DNA of 37,836 nucleotides from a virus: UHGV virus genome UHGV-0166071; one strand, 5' to 3'. Shown piece by piece: positions 37,293 to 37,836 of this stretch (position 1 is its first letter; each line of letters starts with the position of its first letter). The notes under the pieces were generated by a model. It saw only the letters and a program-made list of their open reading frames with translations, ran no database searches and was not told where the DNA came from. The position numbers and the translations under genes were made by a program.

Positions 37293-37836
37293 TGACGAAA
37301 AATGACTTTAAAGCGTTTGCAACGGATCGAAATGCCAATGTTATGTCGCAGGAGGAATGGGAAGCGTTGCCTGCGCTTTTATCCGGATTTACAGCAGGGA
37401 AAGCATCCAGTGCGCAAATCAATAAGGTTATTCGACAGGCCAGCTTTATTGCGGCAGCGCTTGCGCAGTACACAGCCAACAAAAGTGGGCTGGACGTGCT
37501 TGATGATGGTGACCTGAACGGGTTTATCTCCAAAATGGGAACCGCTTTTGGGAAGGATTTCCAGGCCCTTGATGCCACGCTGACGGCATTAGCTGGGCTG
37601 GAAACCGGTGCAAATAAACTCCCGTATTTCACTGGAAATGATACAGCTGCGCAGACTGATTTGACTTCTGTTGGCCGTGACATTATCGGGAAAAAGACTA
37701 TTGCTGACATTCTCACATACCTTGGTTTGGGAGAAACAATAAATAAAGCCTCCGGAGCTATGCAGAAATCGGCTAATGGAGCTGATATTTCTGATGTATC
37801 AGCCTTCCGAAATGCGCTCCAGTTAGGGACCGCTGC
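37292..37836 (+). CDS. tail fibre protein, N-terminal part (truncated by the window end)
   Basis: ATG 37292 overlaps the upstream stop; open frame MTKNDFKAFATDRNANVMSQEEWEALPALLSGF... runs to the window end; not in the ORF track because no stop is reached. Confidence 0.6.
   Translation, partial: MTKNDFKAFATDRNANVMSQEEWEALPALLSGFTAGKASSAQINKVIRQASFIAAALAQYTANKSGLDVLDDGDLNGFISKMGTAFGKDFQALDATLTALAGLETGANKLPYFTGNDTAAQTDLTSVGRDIIGKKTIADILTYLGLGETINKASGAMQKSANGADISDVSAFRNALQLGTA

Noticed and set aside
37252-37716. 154-aa minus-strand ORF at the window end
   Set aside because: Antisense to the open tail-fibre reading frame that begins with translational coupling at 37292; shadow ORF.
1-37836. CRISPR arrays, rRNA genes, IS elements, integrase or att sites
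   Set aside because: No regularly spaced direct repeats, no rRNA-like sequence, no transposase or integrase ORF; the window starts right of int/xis and ends inside the tail fibre gene.

Overview
This window is a lambdoid prophage segment running from the early-left operon to the start of a tail-fibre gene. Coordinates 1-5700 (minus strand) carry a lambda-type early-left operon: Ea22-like, orf63/orf60a-like, exo, bet, gam, kil, cIII, ea10, ral, an orf28-like micro-ORF and N, with nutL. The immunity region (5800-8400) is not lambda-type: a CI-like HTH/S24 repressor and a YdaS-like Cro sit between operators built on a repeated ATGATAAAT motif, although nutL and nutR match lambda as I recall it. 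In the position lambda uses for rexAB there is a single AT-rich gene for a ClpP/S49-fold serine peptidase-like protein. Rightward follow cII-like, an O-like initiator with internal iterons, a DnaB-like helicase, a tR2-like terminator, the nin region (ninB, an orphan N6-adenine methyltransferase, ninE, ninF, ninG, ninI phosphatase), Q, pR' and a short tR'-like terminator. A roughly 400-bp noncoding insertion bracketed by two copies of a hairpin module precedes a phage-21-type lysis cassette (S21 pinholin, SAR endolysin, Rz with nested Rz1). After a small cargo locus come terminase small and large subunits, portal, head morphogenesis and capsid genes, and a contractile-tail module (sheath, tube, chaperone with a -1 frameshift extension, tape measure, baseplate genes, partial tail fibre). 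The best candidates for an undescribed system are three AT-rich cargo loci: the peptidase at the rexAB position, a regulated three-ORF cassette inside the baseplate cluster (32831-34291), and the Rz-terminase locus. I cannot assign a function to any of them from sequence alone. All family assignments rest on recalled protein similarity and motifs; no database search was run.
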